DNA of 64,000 bases from Chiloscyllium plagiosum. Taxonomy: Eukaryota. Under the pieces are notes generated by a model. It was not told the DNA's origin, searched no databases, and worked only from the letters and a program-made list of their open reading frames with translations. This document shows, in pieces, positions 26,470 through 39,600 of the stretch (the stretch's first letter is position 1; the number at the start of each line of letters is the position of its first letter). Where the stretch lies: contig NC_057753.1 of assembly GCF_004010195.1 (NCBI RefSeq), positions 2,067,243-2,131,242 on the forward strand, read 5' to 3'. The position numbers and the translations under genes are program-made.

Positions 26470-29255
26470 GACGATTTGCAAGTAACATTCATGCGGGTTT
26501 TCTAGAGCAGTATGTAAGTAGTGCAAGGGGAAGGAGACATTGCGGACCTGGCGTTAGGTAATGCGTCCGACCAGGTGGTTAACGTTTCAGTAGGGGATTA
26601 CTTTGGGAACAGAGATCATAATTCTATAAGTTTTAGAATACACATAGAAAAAGATGGCAGTCATCCTAAAAGAAGAGTACTAAATTTGGGAAAATCCCAT
26701 TGTGCCAAAATTCGGCAGGAGTTGGAGAAGTTGATTTGGGAGCAGCTGTTTGTTGGTAAATCCACATTTGATACCTGGGAGGCTTTTACAGAGAGTTTGA
26801 TCAGAGTGCATGACAGACATGTCCCTGTGAAAATGTGGAATATAAATGGCAAGATTAGGTAATAATGAATGACACGTGAAATTGTCAGACTAACACTTCC
26901 ATAAGGTCGTGGCGACTGAACACAGATGAAACTTTGGAAGAAAATCGGGAATGTGAGACCAATCTGAAATGAAGTATTAACAGGCTTAAAAGGAGTCATG
27001 AAATATCTTAAAGAAACATGGTTAAGAAACATGCCAAAGTCTTTAATTCATATATAAGGAGCAAAAGGGTAACTCGCGAAAAGGTTGGCCCGCTCAAGGA
27101 CAACTGAGGAATGTTATCATGAAGACAGAGAAAATGGATGCGATTCTTAATAAGTTATTTGCGCTGGTATTTACATGTCGAATGTTCAGGTTAGTAATAT
27201 GATGTTTGATTACTCTAGGTCAAGTGGGCATAAGGAGGGAGGAGGTGTAGTGTATTCTAAAAGGCATTAAGAGGTACAAGTTTCAAGTTCCGAAAGGTAT
27301 CTCTCCCAGGTTACTGAGGAAAGCGAGAGAGAAGATAGTTGGGGCCTTAAGAGCGATCTTTGCAGCTTTCTTAAACATAGGAGTTGGCCCGGAGGACTGG
27401 AGAATTGCTAACATTGTCCTCTTTGAAGAAATAACAACTGGACTAATGAGGGAATTGCTATATATGTCATATACATATATTTCAGTGAGGCATTTGATAA
27501 GGTTCCCAATTGTGGGCTGATGGAGGAAGTGAAAACGCATTTGGTCCAGCGTGTTCTAGCTAGATAGATAGAGAACTGGCTTGGCAACAGGAGACAGAGT
27601 ATTGGTGGAAAACAATGTCTGAAAATGGAGAACTGTGTCCAGTGGTGTTCCACAGAGATTGGTGCTGGGTACACTGTTGCTTGTGACATACATAAATGAT
27701 CTTAAGGAAGGTTTAGGCGGTCTGATCAGCAAGTTTGCAGATGACACTAAGATTTGTGGTGTAGCAGGTAGGAAGGGGACTGTCAGTGAATACAGAAGAA
27801 TATAGATAAATTGGAGAGTTGGGCAGATAAATAGCAGATGATTTTCAATTAAGGCAAAGGTGAGGTGATGTAATTTGGGAGATCCAATTCAAGTGAAAAG
27901 TACGGTAAATCGAAAAGCCCTGGGGAAACCTAACGTACAGAAGATCTGGATGTTCATAATCCAAAGTATGCTGAAGTTGGTAATGAACGTCGATAGAGTG
28001 GTTAAGAAGGCGTAAGGCATGCTCTCCTTCATCTCGGAGGTTTGGCAGATCATGTTACAGTTATATAAGACTTCGGTTCTGTCATATTTGGAATACTGCA
28101 TATAGGTCTTGTCGCCGCATTATGAAAAAGGCTGTGGATGCTTTGGAAAGGGTGCAGAGGATGTTTACCAGGATGTTGCGTGGGCTGGAGGGCACGGGTT
28201 ATGAAGATACGTTGAGCACATTCGGAGCATTTTCTCATTTGAAAAATGGATGTTCTTGCGGGACCGGTTTGATGTCAAAACAAACAGGGTGGATATCAGG
28301 AGAGTTTTCCCAGAGTGGGGGATTAGATTACTCGGGGTCACGAGTTCAATATGAGAGGGGAAACATTTAGAGGAGATCTGCATGGAAAAATCTTTATGCA
28401 CAGGATAGTGGGTGCCTGGAACACAATGCCAGCAGAGGTGATAGAGGCTGACATGATAGCGTAATTTAAGATATATAGAGACAGATGTATGAACGGATCT
28501 TTCCACATCCGTCAGAAATTTATCCGTGCCTCTACAGATGTCATCTACTGCATCCATTGCACCAGATGTGGTCTCCTCGACATCAGGGAGAAAGGATGCT
28601 TTCTTGCGCATCATTTCAGAGAACATCTCTGGGACACCCGCACATACCAATCCCATCGCCCCGTGGCTGAACACTTTAATTCCCCCACCCACTCCTTCAA
28701 GGGTAAGCAGGTCCTGGCCTCCTCCACGCCAAACTGCTACCACCTGACGCCTGGAGTGAGAACACCTCATATTCCGTCTTGGGTTCCTCCAACCCTACGA
28801 TATCAATGTGGATTTCAACAGCTTCCTCATTTCATCTCCCTTCACATTATCCCAGTTCCTGGTCTCCAACTTGTCACCGTCCTCCTGACCTGTCCATCAC
28901 CTTTCCCATCTATCCGCTTAATCCCCCGACCTATCACCCCCCGCCAACCCCAACCCCTCCCATTTATCTCTCAGCCCCCAGCCCACAACCCTCCTACGTG
29001 ATGAAGGGCTTATGACAGAACTGTCGATTATCCTGCTTCTAGAATGCTGCCTCAACTGCTGTGCTTATGCAGCAATACACTCACGACTCTGATCTCCGGC
29101 ATCTGCAGTCCTCACTTTCTCCCAGATACATAAATGAACAGGGATTAGAAGGATACAGATCCTTAGTAAATAGGTAACAGGTTCAGAAGAGGATCTGGAT
29201 GCGCACAGGCTTGGCGTGTCAAAGAGGCTGTAATTTTCCTTGGTCTTAGTTCTTT
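26470..29255 (+). mobile_element. 5'-truncated CR1 LINE (ORF2), inserted after the duplication
   Basis: DHNSISF, EDWRIAN, GVPQ, YINDL and SKFADDTK motifs. The paralogous site at about 21910 (caatggcgtc|gacagattc) is empty. Confidence 0.85.
28488..29125 (+). mobile_element. Penelope-like fragment (family 1) nested in the CR1 3' end
   Basis: VIYCIHCTRCGLL..., FREHL, PVAEHFN GIY-YIG motifs and a pseudo-LTR tail. Confidence 0.8.
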
Positions 29256-29824
29256 GACAGATTCGGTGGAGACAGAAATTGGCTCACGTTTCAGTCTGTG
29301 AGCAAATGAGAGGGATCCAGGGTGATACTGGATCGGAAGTGGGAAGATGACCAAAATGGAAAATCTGTGACAGGGTGGGATGCCAGAGAAATTAAGTGAA
29401 GAAAGAGTTCAAGTTGCAATATTGATGGGAGCATTCAATACAGAAAAAAATGTGACGACATGATGTGTGAGTAGAAACCTTCAATGCAGAGATAATGATA
29501 GAAAAACAAGGAAAGAAAGTCAAGGAGCAACAACAAATAAAATGGGACAGAACACAAATCACAGAATTCTTGATATTCATCTTCTGAAGGCTAAACTTTG
29601 CTTACAATTACTCCCACTTCAGTTGGGTGTTCACACACTTGCTAACTTTACTTATTCCCTCTCCAGTAGGCAGCTCAGATTATGAGGTTACTTTCCCGCT
29701 CAAACCTCTCTGGCTCCATATTGGACTGTCCAACATCTGGGCAGCACTGGGTAAACAGCCAGTAAGCTGCTAGCTTGTAGGTTCGACGTTTTTACTGATC
29801 CAGTGCTGGATGACAGACAAATCT

Positions 29825-31200
29825 GGATAGACAAGCAGGAGGCTGGAAGAATATAGCAAGCCAAGCAGCATCAGGAGGTGAAGTCAACATTTTGGGTGTA
29901 ACACTTCTTCAGAACCTAGGGTGTGTGTATGGGGAGCCACAGGTAAAGGGAATGAGGGGTGCAGGGTGGTGAATAGTGGATATGTGAACACATTTAGAGG
30001 GTATGGCCTCGCTGGTCGATGGGAGAAATGAATCCAGTTGGTGTCTACAACGAAGGGTCGATGAGAGGAATGCAAAGGGTTTGGGGCTGGGAAGGGAATC
30101 GTGTGATGGTAAGGGAAGTTATTTGCAATGTTGAGACCTCATGGCAGTCGGCCGCCCAGGCGGGAGCTAAAAAGTTGTTCCTCCAGTCTGCAGTCTGTTT
30201 CATTATGGCAATGGAGGAGGCCACGGATGGTCATGTCGGGGAAGTCGTGGTAAGGAGTGTTGAAATGCACAGTGACTGGGAGGTCAGGTCGGCCCCTGCG
30301 GGCCCGGTTAAGATGCTCAAAGAAACGTTCCCTTAGTTTGTGTTTGGTCTCCCCAATGCAGAGAAAATCACAATGGGAGCACCAGATAGAGTAAACTAGG
30401 TTGGAGGTGAGGGAGGTGAAACTGTGTCTGTCCTGGAAGAACTGTTTGGAGCCCTGGATGGAAGTGAGTGCGAGTGTGGTGTGCCAGCGAATTTTGCATC
30501 TTTTTCAGGTGCAGGGGACAATACCTGGGAATTTGGGGCGTTTCTTTTGGAAAGTGGCGCAGACCAAGGACAGGAGAAGGGAATGGTCCTTGCAGAAGGC
30601 AGAGATGGTTGGGGAGAGGTGGATGTTATTCGTGGTGTGGTACAGTTGATTTTGGCGGAGGGTTTTAAGGAAGATGCGTTAGATGCGGAGATTGGTGAGC
30701 TGGCAGTTGAGAACAAGGGTTTTCCTGTCTTTATTGCATTTATAGAGTAGATTATAGCAGTGGAACGGGGAATGGCGGGGGTGCGGTTGGGGTATTTCTC
30801 GATTGCAGGCGGTTAAAGCACATTGTTCACAATAGATGGACATTTGGGACACTTGAAAGTGCAATGTCTCCTCATCCAAGTAGATGTGGTGGAGGCACCT
30901 GAATTGGAAGAACGAGATAGAGTTCTCACATGATACTGTATGGGAGGAGGTGTAGTCCAGGTAGTTTTGAGAGCCTGTGGGTTTATCGTAAATAACCATT
31001 TGGAGACAGTCTCCGGAGATGGAATGGGAGCCGTCAAGAAAAGGGAAGGTGCAGTGAATTTGTGGATGGTGTGGAAGTTGTGGGTGAAGTCGATGAACTG
31101 CTCCAGATCGGCTTGGGTGGAGGACACTGCACAAATGCACTCATCGGTGTCACAGCTGAGGAGTTGGGGCACCGTGCCTGGGTATGGGTAACATAATTTT
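29825..31200 (-). mobile_element. Decayed Penelope-like element
   Basis: LEQFIDFTHNFH, FPFLD, YDKPTGSQNYLDYTSSH, YIGET-like remnants. Confidence 0.8.
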
Positions 31201-32053
31201 AAAGTTCTGGCATTCATTTATATCTGCATTGTTTGCCCTTCTACATATTGAGGATGAGCATGTAGGGATGTTATCCAACTCTCGTCCATTTAGATATATT
31301 AAACCTTTCATCCCTGCCTCTTTCACTTCTCCACCTACTTCAGTTGCTTGCAATTGCTGAACAGTTTCCTTCTGAAGAACGTCAGTTAAACCAGTTTGGT
31401 TTAGAATAACAATCCAGCACCTTTCATGGACAGTTTGTTTCTCTCACTATAGAACCAACGAGATTCACAAAAAGTCTGTGTTTAGGAAATTCTGTCAATG
31501 ACTTTTTTTGTTCTGTGATAAATCAGGTTAACGGGAAATTGGAAGAGTACATTTCAAGTCAGGAAAATCGATGTAAGTTTTGTGAAACAGCAGAATCACC
31601 TTCATTGTCCCTGCTTGTGGAATGAGTTTATGGGAGCAGCACAGAGCTAGGGTTGTGACGTAAGAGTTGTATTGAGGCCCAGTAGAATCCGCTTTCATGA
31701 CTTTGAGTGTCACTGAAAACTTTGGGAATTGAGATAATGTCCTATTTTATGCAAACCTCAAATTCCACAGCGTCATATTATTTTGAGGTGAAATTATATA
31801 CAAGGTTGATATGGCGGGAAAAGACATATCTTCGTTTTCACCAGGTTTTCATTCCCGATTCATTTCTTGCCTATTTATTTTCACGTGTTTGTATGATCTA
31901 ATAACAATATATGTCCAGTGACAGTTGATCACATTACAGAAGATAAAGCAGAAGAATTCAAGACCACCGCCCAATCATAATGGCATGCAAGAGTTAACAT
32001 GAAAAGCAATGGTTATTCCATAATTAGAAAGCAAACTGCATTTTACTGTGATT

Positions 32054-32973
32054 TTATTGTGAGCACCATTTAAATAATTTAAACGTTAGTGTCAGTGGAA
32101 ATTCCACCAATTTCTTCAGTTGCTCTCTGAATTTATTCTGGATCCCTGCGTAAATAAATGGGTTAATACAAGAACTCAAAAGCTGAAGCATGAATCCACC
32201 TTCTTCAAGAATAAAATTTGATTCATTGTAATTTGAACCTGCATAATAAATGACGTTCGTGAACTGAACATAGAGGAATGTCACGAAAACCAACAAGTAC
32301 GACAGTAGGAAACAGCCTGAGATGGCAAACAGTAAGACAATGGACTTCTTCCGCTTTTCCATCTCTGGGTCTCCCTGATTCTTTCCATTTCTCCACTTCT
32401 GGAGTCTCCTGCGGACTCTACTGGCCAATACAATGTGCCTGACAGTGAGAATATTGAGCACCAAAATAAGAGTGAATGGTAGACAAGGGTTTAAAATTAC
32501 TATCATCCAGTCAAATGCAATCCACCAGGGCGAGGTATAGTAAATTGATTTGCCACTGCAATACCAAGGTACATTGTTCCTGATAAAGGAAGGCTCGTAT
32601 GCAAAGTACAATGGGATGTGTCTGATACAGCTCAGAATACAGGCAGTTGTTATAACTACAGCTGCTACTTTCTCGTTGCAATATTGCATTTTCAGCTTCT
32701 GGCAACAGATTGCAATAAATCGATCAAAGGTGAAAGCGACAGTTACCCAGACAGCGGAGTCTCTGACTCCATAAAGTAACACAAGACTAGCACTACAGAC
32801 CGGGGTAATGGACAGGAATGTCATTGAGAAATAAATACCTACAATCCGGTTTAATATTACAGCTGTGATAATGACCAGGAGATCTGTCACTGCCATAGAA
32901 ACCAGATAATTTGCAATGCATTTGGAAAGGCCACACCTCTCTCGTGACAGGATAATAATCACTGATAGGTTAG
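32054..32973 (-). CDS. GPR139/GPR142-like class A GPCR, copy 2, exon 2
   Basis: Acceptor tttcatag|CT at 32974/32973; TM1 end to TM7 with DRF and NPFIY; stop at 32054-32056. Spliced protein is 329 aa. Confidence 0.93.
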
Positions 32974-34502
32974 CTATGAAATAAAGAGACACAATTAATG
33001 AATGCAAAACATTGCCAAATGTATACGTAGCCACAGAAAGACAGAAACAGACATTTTGAAATGCACAGATTTCTGGATGCCTTTCCAAAGGGAGAACATT
33101 GTTCATATTTTGCACTCAAAATATTTTTATTCAACTGCAGAAAATTATTTATAATCTTCTGCGAACTGTTAGTAGGATATAATAGTCGCAATAATGATAA
33201 ATTGTCCATTTTTACATTATTTCTTTACGATTCAGAGGCAGGAAAGAGATGCAAAAGTAGACTGAAACCTTAATAAATTGATGAATATTACATTGACTAA
33301 GGAAATGACCATAAATAAGCACATGAGATTGAATGTAAAGAAATCCTAAGAATTTCATATTGACACAGATATCCAAGAAGAAATCACGTATTGGCAAAAT
33401 AAAACTCACCTCAAAGTGGAAAGAAACCTAGCATTGCATTTCATAACGATCTTAAGCTAATATATCATTCTTTCAGGACAGACAAAAAGGACCAAATTAG
33501 ACGAACTCCACATAGAGTTTTGTTGGCAATGCTTTTTGCTTTGAGAGAAATGATTTTGACTTCGAATTCGACGGCAAGACTTCAAGACTCACTGCATATT
33601 GCACTGCCCAGGGGATTGCAATTGTGCCAAACCAAAAAAAAAAGTTATGACGTATGGTATTCGAATGGAAAATCGAACAGAACTATCAAGATACTCCTGC
33701 TAATATTGCATCACAAGCAACAAGCAGTGCACGATGGCAAAGCAATCAGTGCAAAGTGCTACAACTGAGCGACCTCAATGGCTGTGCAGATTTTAAAAAT
33801 TGAAAACTTTGCAGCGTGTTAATTGATTGGTAGTTGAAACACAATCGAAGTGCAATTAAATCATCATCACATTTGAATAATTCGTGCACAGTCACACAAT
33901 GATATAAAATTTCTGACTTCTGATGATCACAATAAACCATAAAATGAGGTGGGGAAATGATACTAGTCAAGGCAATATGGTGGACTGACACTGTGATGAA
34001 GCTGTGCAATTGAAAAGAAATGACAGTGTTAAAGTGGAGAAAATGGGATACAAATTCATTGAAAACATTTTGTTCGTAAAGTAGAAGTTGGATGTCCTTC
34101 AAAGGAAGGGTGAGACATTAAGGTACAGTTGTCACAGTCTTACTGGACCATAGGCCGTTGTCTCATTAGAGAGAGACTACTCGTATTGTTTAATCAAAGA
34201 GCTCTATGCCTCAGGCGACGTGAGAGATTGAGAAGGATAGTGCTTCATTGCCAGCTCAAACAGGATAGGAATTTAACCCAAACTGCCCCAAATGCCTGCT
34301 GTACAACCAACTGAACTAACTAACTCCGTCTAAATTGTGTGCCTCAATAGAGAATCCCACTGAATTTGCTGGACTGAATAGCAAAACGCCTGTAGGTTCA
34401 TTGCGATTTTGGTATTAATAATAAAAAGGAGTAAACTCATATGAGAAAATTAAAGCAGCTAATGAAATTGTTCCTACTTAATAACTAAAGAATATCCTTT
34501 AC

Positions 34503-34572
34503 CTGGAACGCCAATGGCTGCTAGGATTGGATAGTAAATAGAAAACACGAGCCCACTTGGTAATCCGTGCAT
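34503..34572 (-). CDS. GPR139/GPR142-like GPCR, copy 2, exon 1
   Basis: ATG at 34572; MHGLPSGLVFSIYYPILAAIGVP+G|GTAAAG. Phase-1 intron of 1529 nt, in frame with exon 2. Confidence 0.9.
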
Positions 34573-35675
34573 TTCTGTCTGAAGCTGCGGTTGTATTTGG
34601 CACTACAGTGAAAGTACGCCTCATTTTTACCTGATGCAAGGCTCCTGGGACACAATTAAATGCATTTTTTTTTGTTGTTGCAATTATTGCTCTAATTGAA
34701 ACAAGCAGATTGGAGTTTCCTTTTCCTGGCTCATCTTCAATTTTGATTGAACAAGAATGTTTTCATGGGCACTGCTTCTCTTCCAAAGTAAAATACTCCA
34801 GGGTATGGACTCCCTGATTTTTTTTTTTAAAGAGGAAATGCGAAACAGGCTAGTGCATATGCATAAGATGTTTTGCATGAAATGCCCTTGGCTGTGAAAA
34901 GGATATCTTTGACCTGACATTTTCTAATTTTACAGAAATGTGTCGTCATGTTCCTCTGCCAATCATTATTCATATCTGTGTAATCAGTGATTAGCACCAA
35001 GGTGGTCGCATGTCCCTCTGAAACTGTAAAACCAATTTAAAGCAACGGTATAGTCATGGAATGTGGGCAGGCCCATTATATTTCATATCGCACTGTGAGG
35101 GATGATTTTTTCTTTTCCGATTACTGACAGTGCAGGTTCACCACATGAGAAGCAATGTAAGAAATCCGGAGATATCATGCGCATGTTGATGGCATTCAAT
35201 TCAATATGCGAAGGTCCAATTCAGCAGTTAATCAGAATTGCCATTTCCAGCTTTCTGTATTTGCCTTTGTTGTGAAGAAAGCTTTTCAGAGTCCGTGAAT
35301 TCAGGATAGACTGGTCCCATGCGTACTACTGCATTGTGTTCACACAGAAAAATGCCAGTGTCCTTGTCTTCATGAGGCGAAGTCGGAGGGGCAAATTAGG
35401 TTAAATCTATTGATTTAATAGACAGGGACTAGTCCAGATTCATAAAGTTAAATTAAATGTAGGCAGGCTCATTAATTACTCTTCGTTTCCAAAACCCTGA
35501 TCTATGTCTTCCTCAAGGTGCATTTAGTTGGGACATAAATGTTAATGTCATTGTTTCAAATTAATTTGGTTGACAGTACTGTGAAAGCAACTAGTTGCGA
35601 ATATTTGCATTCAGTGTTTAAAATCGTCATTTAGTTCTGAGCACAGTTGCAAGCAGCGTACACACATTCAGTTCA

Positions 35676-35780
35676 AGTAGGCAAAATTCCTTATTAAGGG
35701 CTTTTGCCTGAAATCTCGATTTTCCTGGTCCTCAGATGCTGCCTGACATTCTGTGCTTTTCCAGCACTAATTTAATCTAG
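35676..35780 (+). mobile_element. Solo Penelope pseudo-LTR fragment with 14-bp TSD
   Basis: ACACATTCAGTTCA at 35662-35675 and 35781-35794; the paralogous site near 3126-3150 lacks the insert. Confidence 0.75.
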
Positions 35781-36521
35781 ACACATTCAGTTCAGCACAG
35801 TTGCATAAAGTGAAACCATGGTGTGAAAGTTCCGATGTTGAACTGGGATGCACACATGTTGAAGAGACATGACAGCAGGTTTTACTCCAACAGGTTCAGT
35901 TGAAATCAGAAACTTTCGAAGTGCTGCTCATTTGACAGACTAAAATCTGTTGTCACTTAAATTCTAACATTCAGTGTGCAAGTATTCAGCTGAGGATACT
36001 TGCCTTCATTGTGCCAGGTCCAAGACAACACATTGAGGATCAGGTGAAGACATTGAATTTCGAATGATGAGACAGAATGTTGTAAAATAGCTAGATTGCA
36101 GTTCCTGCGTTTGGAAGATGTTGCCGTAAAGGATGCTGATTTTTTTTTTTAAATGAGTTCCTGAAATGAACATGGAAAGGTTGCGAGGAGAGAGCTTGGG
36201 AATTCAGTTAGCACTCCTCTATTGAATGAGATCATGGCTGGGTTAACACCCCTCGATTCAATTGTCCTGAATTTTGCTGAGAACTCTTGAAACTGTTACT
36301 GATTTTTTTAAAAGTCCATCTTTCTTAGGATTGAACATATTTTGTGACGTAGCTTCTACAGCTCTCTCTGGGAATAGACTCCACGAAGTCATTACCTGCT
36401 GACAGAAGAAATTTGTACTTGTTTCTATCTTAAATATACAAACTCTTACTCTGAGATAATACCCGTTCATCCCCGAAATGCCAGCAAAGAGAAATAACCC
36501 CTCAGCATCAACACCATCAAG

Positions 36522-36605
36522 ATTAGAGTGGTGCTGGCTAAGCACAGTAGGACAGGCCGCATCCAAGGAGTAGAAAAAAACGACGTTTCGGGCAAAAGCC
36601 CTTCT
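36522..36605 (-). mobile_element. Solo Penelope pseudo-LTR fragment with about 15-bp TSD, inside an old CR1
   Basis: ATCAACACC(A/G)TCAAG on both sides; GGGCTTTTGCCCGAAACGTC on the minus strand. Confidence 0.7.
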
Positions 36606-39600
36606 ATCAACACCGTCAAGCCCACAATCAAGTCGATATTTTTCAGTAAGTTCGTTTCTCACTCACCTAAACTCCAATGTTTACAACCCGACTTGACATC
36701 TGCTCAAGAGAAATTCCTTCCAAGCTTGGGATCGAATGTTATTAATTCTTACCTTAACGGAGAGGACCAATGTTGTTTACGTTATTCTTAGCGTGGCCTA
36801 AGTAATACCTTGTGTCATTTTCACAAGACTCCCCTACTTCCATATACCATTCCCTGAGACAAAAATAATATTGCAGTTACCACCTTTGTTATCTACTGAA
36901 GCTGTCTGCTCGTTTCTTATGATTTATGCACGATGAGCCTCAAATGCGTTTGTGCTTCAGTCTTTGTAGAAAACAGTGGCTTACGCTTCAGCAAAAACCT
37001 ATCTTCCATTTTATATTCCATTATACATGTAACACTTATTGGTGCTCCTTTATCTTCCTGCTTGTATTCTCATCGAAGAATTAAAATAAAATTGTCCGGC
37101 ATGGTCCCCATTCTAATGAATCCACGTTGAATAAAATTGATTTGATTATGTGTTTCTAAGTTTTCTCCAATTTCGTAATTCATAACAGAATCTAACATTT
37201 TTCTAATGACAGGTTTTAAGCTAACTAGCCTGCTGTTTTCGCCACTTTCTGTTTTCCAGTGCTTTGGGACTTTTCCATTGAGTTAATGATTCTTAAACTG
37301 TTCTGCCATTGTCTCTATAGTTACTTCTTTTGATATCCTAGGACACAACCTATCAGTTTGAGGGGGCTTTTTGACTTCTGGACACAGCACTTTTCTCCCG
37401 TCTTTTTTGTAGTGATTATCATTGCATTTACTTGCTCACCTACTATTTTTGCTGATTATTTAGCATTTAGGAATGCTATTATTTATTTATTTACATGCGA
37501 TAGGCCATGAGGTTATGTATGGGATAAACCTTATGTACTAGAAATCCCTGTCTACATCTTGCCATAATCTCATTTCAGAGTGTTCTTGAAATCGAAACCT
37601 TTGTTGTCAGAACTGTAAAGAGGATTAGACCAACAGCAATGACAAATAAATCGTCAGATTAGAAAGAAATAAATTCGAAGAAGGGAAGCTGGGAAAAGTC
37701 CATAAGAAGTGAATGATTTGAGAGAAGAAGAATAATTTTCTGGGACTAATTTACTGTAAAAGCTATTGCTTGTAATTGAGTTGAAAGATCATTTTGCAGA
37801 TTATACCAATATCCTTATTAACTATCAAATATAAACTTTATATTAGTGTCTTTTGTCTCTCGAAGTTTCTACAATTTGAGTAGTTTCTTTCCAGCAATTC
37901 AATACCAACTAATCCTGACATTGTAGATTTCTATCTAATCTCTCAAAAAAAATTCTTTCCTCAGGAAGACATACTCAGAGTCTCTCAGATCTCTTCTTAA
38001 TCTGCATGTCAGTTATCACTAGAATAATTCTGGTAAACCATTTCTGCACACAGTCTGATGTTTTCTCATCCATCTGAAATAGCATTATCGGATGGTTAAG
38101 CTTCCCCAAAATCTTACGTTGTGTTTATCGTCCAAACAAACTCCTATATATAAAGTTCTGGATCCTGTAAATCTGTCCTGCCACCTTGTGAAAAATAATG
38201 ATTTTAATTTGATGAGGACAATTTATACGGATAGATGAGTGCGATGTCCTGAAAAAATTGTCATACGCATCCTGCACTCGTTAAATTTTGAAAAAAAGAC
38301 ATTTTAGCTCGTTTCACATTTCAATTTCCTGCAAAACTGCAAAGGACCTTAACACATCTAAATATCGGAAATTCAACATACGTAAAAAGATTTATGAACA
38401 GAGCACGTAAAAAGATCGGAATGCTTGCAAGATTTGGACCACGAATTGTTACTTTATTTTCGATATAGATTGGTGTGAACTGATCTATTTTCTGTTGAAG
38501 CTGGTAAGAGATTGCAAGTCCTTTGATAAGTAGGACAAAGGTCAAAGGGATCTCACAGCCTGGATAGACAGAAAGTAGCAACACATCTATCACAAGAAGC
38601 AAATGAAGCATTGTCGTTAATTCTAGCTAGACTGAACTGAAAAGTTGCACTCTTATGCTGCTCTTATACTGGACAGTATTAGAATGTATTGCTGCTTCTT
38701 GACTGTCTGAGTTGCCAGTTTGATACCCATGTTTGACTTTCACATTTATATCATTCAGAAATAATGAGTCAGATCTGAGGCCTTTCTCTTGAGAAGGAAA
38801 GAGTTAGTATTTGCCTGAAGAAATCCTCTCGAGGCCGACACAGATTTACAAAACCAATATTTGGCTGGATAATAACTGAAAGAAGTGCAGATGCTATAAC
38901 TCAGGACCAAAAACAGAAATTACTAGAAAAGCTCGTCAGGGCAGGCATCATTTGTGAATAAAGATTCGTTTCGAGTCGACTTTGAGTTCTGAGCAAGAGT
39001 AACTCTTGCTCAGAACTCTGACATCTCTCCACAGATGCTGCTACGATTGCAGAACTGCTCCAGCAATTTTTGTTTTTGTTTCAATATCTGGGAAATTCTT
39101 CGAAATGGTAGTATCGCTATCAGGTAACTGAACATGTGTGAAAGCCGATCCCTCTTATCATAAACAGTTCCACGAGCCTTTGTTGGAGCAGTAGCCTGGT
39201 TCTGCTCTTACATAAGAAATTATTCCAGAAAATGCGCCAAATGACTCCAAATCCAAAACACTTTTGGATAGAAAATGTTGCCAATTGTAAGATGCGTTTC
39301 TAAACTTCTTTCTGAAATGCTCCTACTGCACATATTTAATTGTTTTGTCCACATTATTGTTTTGGTGATTTGGGTGTAAGCTCTCTGAAGCAAAGAGGAT
39401 TGTTGGCGCTCCGTCCAATGAACTCAATGACGTACTGCAGATAGTGCTGACACGGAACTTCATGTACCTGCATTTTCACGTTCATCACTCGGTAGCTGTG
39501 AATTAGAACTTTAAAATTGTTCGTTTATCGCTGGTTGCAGATTCAAAGCAAATATCTGCATATTTGCCAAGAGTTTCACTTGATGTACCTCATTTTTCAT

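Noticed and set aside
32974..33115. N-terminal 47 aa of the 353-aa ORF as part of the GPCR
   Set aside because: This is intron read-through: there is an acceptor at 32974, a conserved exon 1 at 34503-34572, and the paralogue does not keep this frame.
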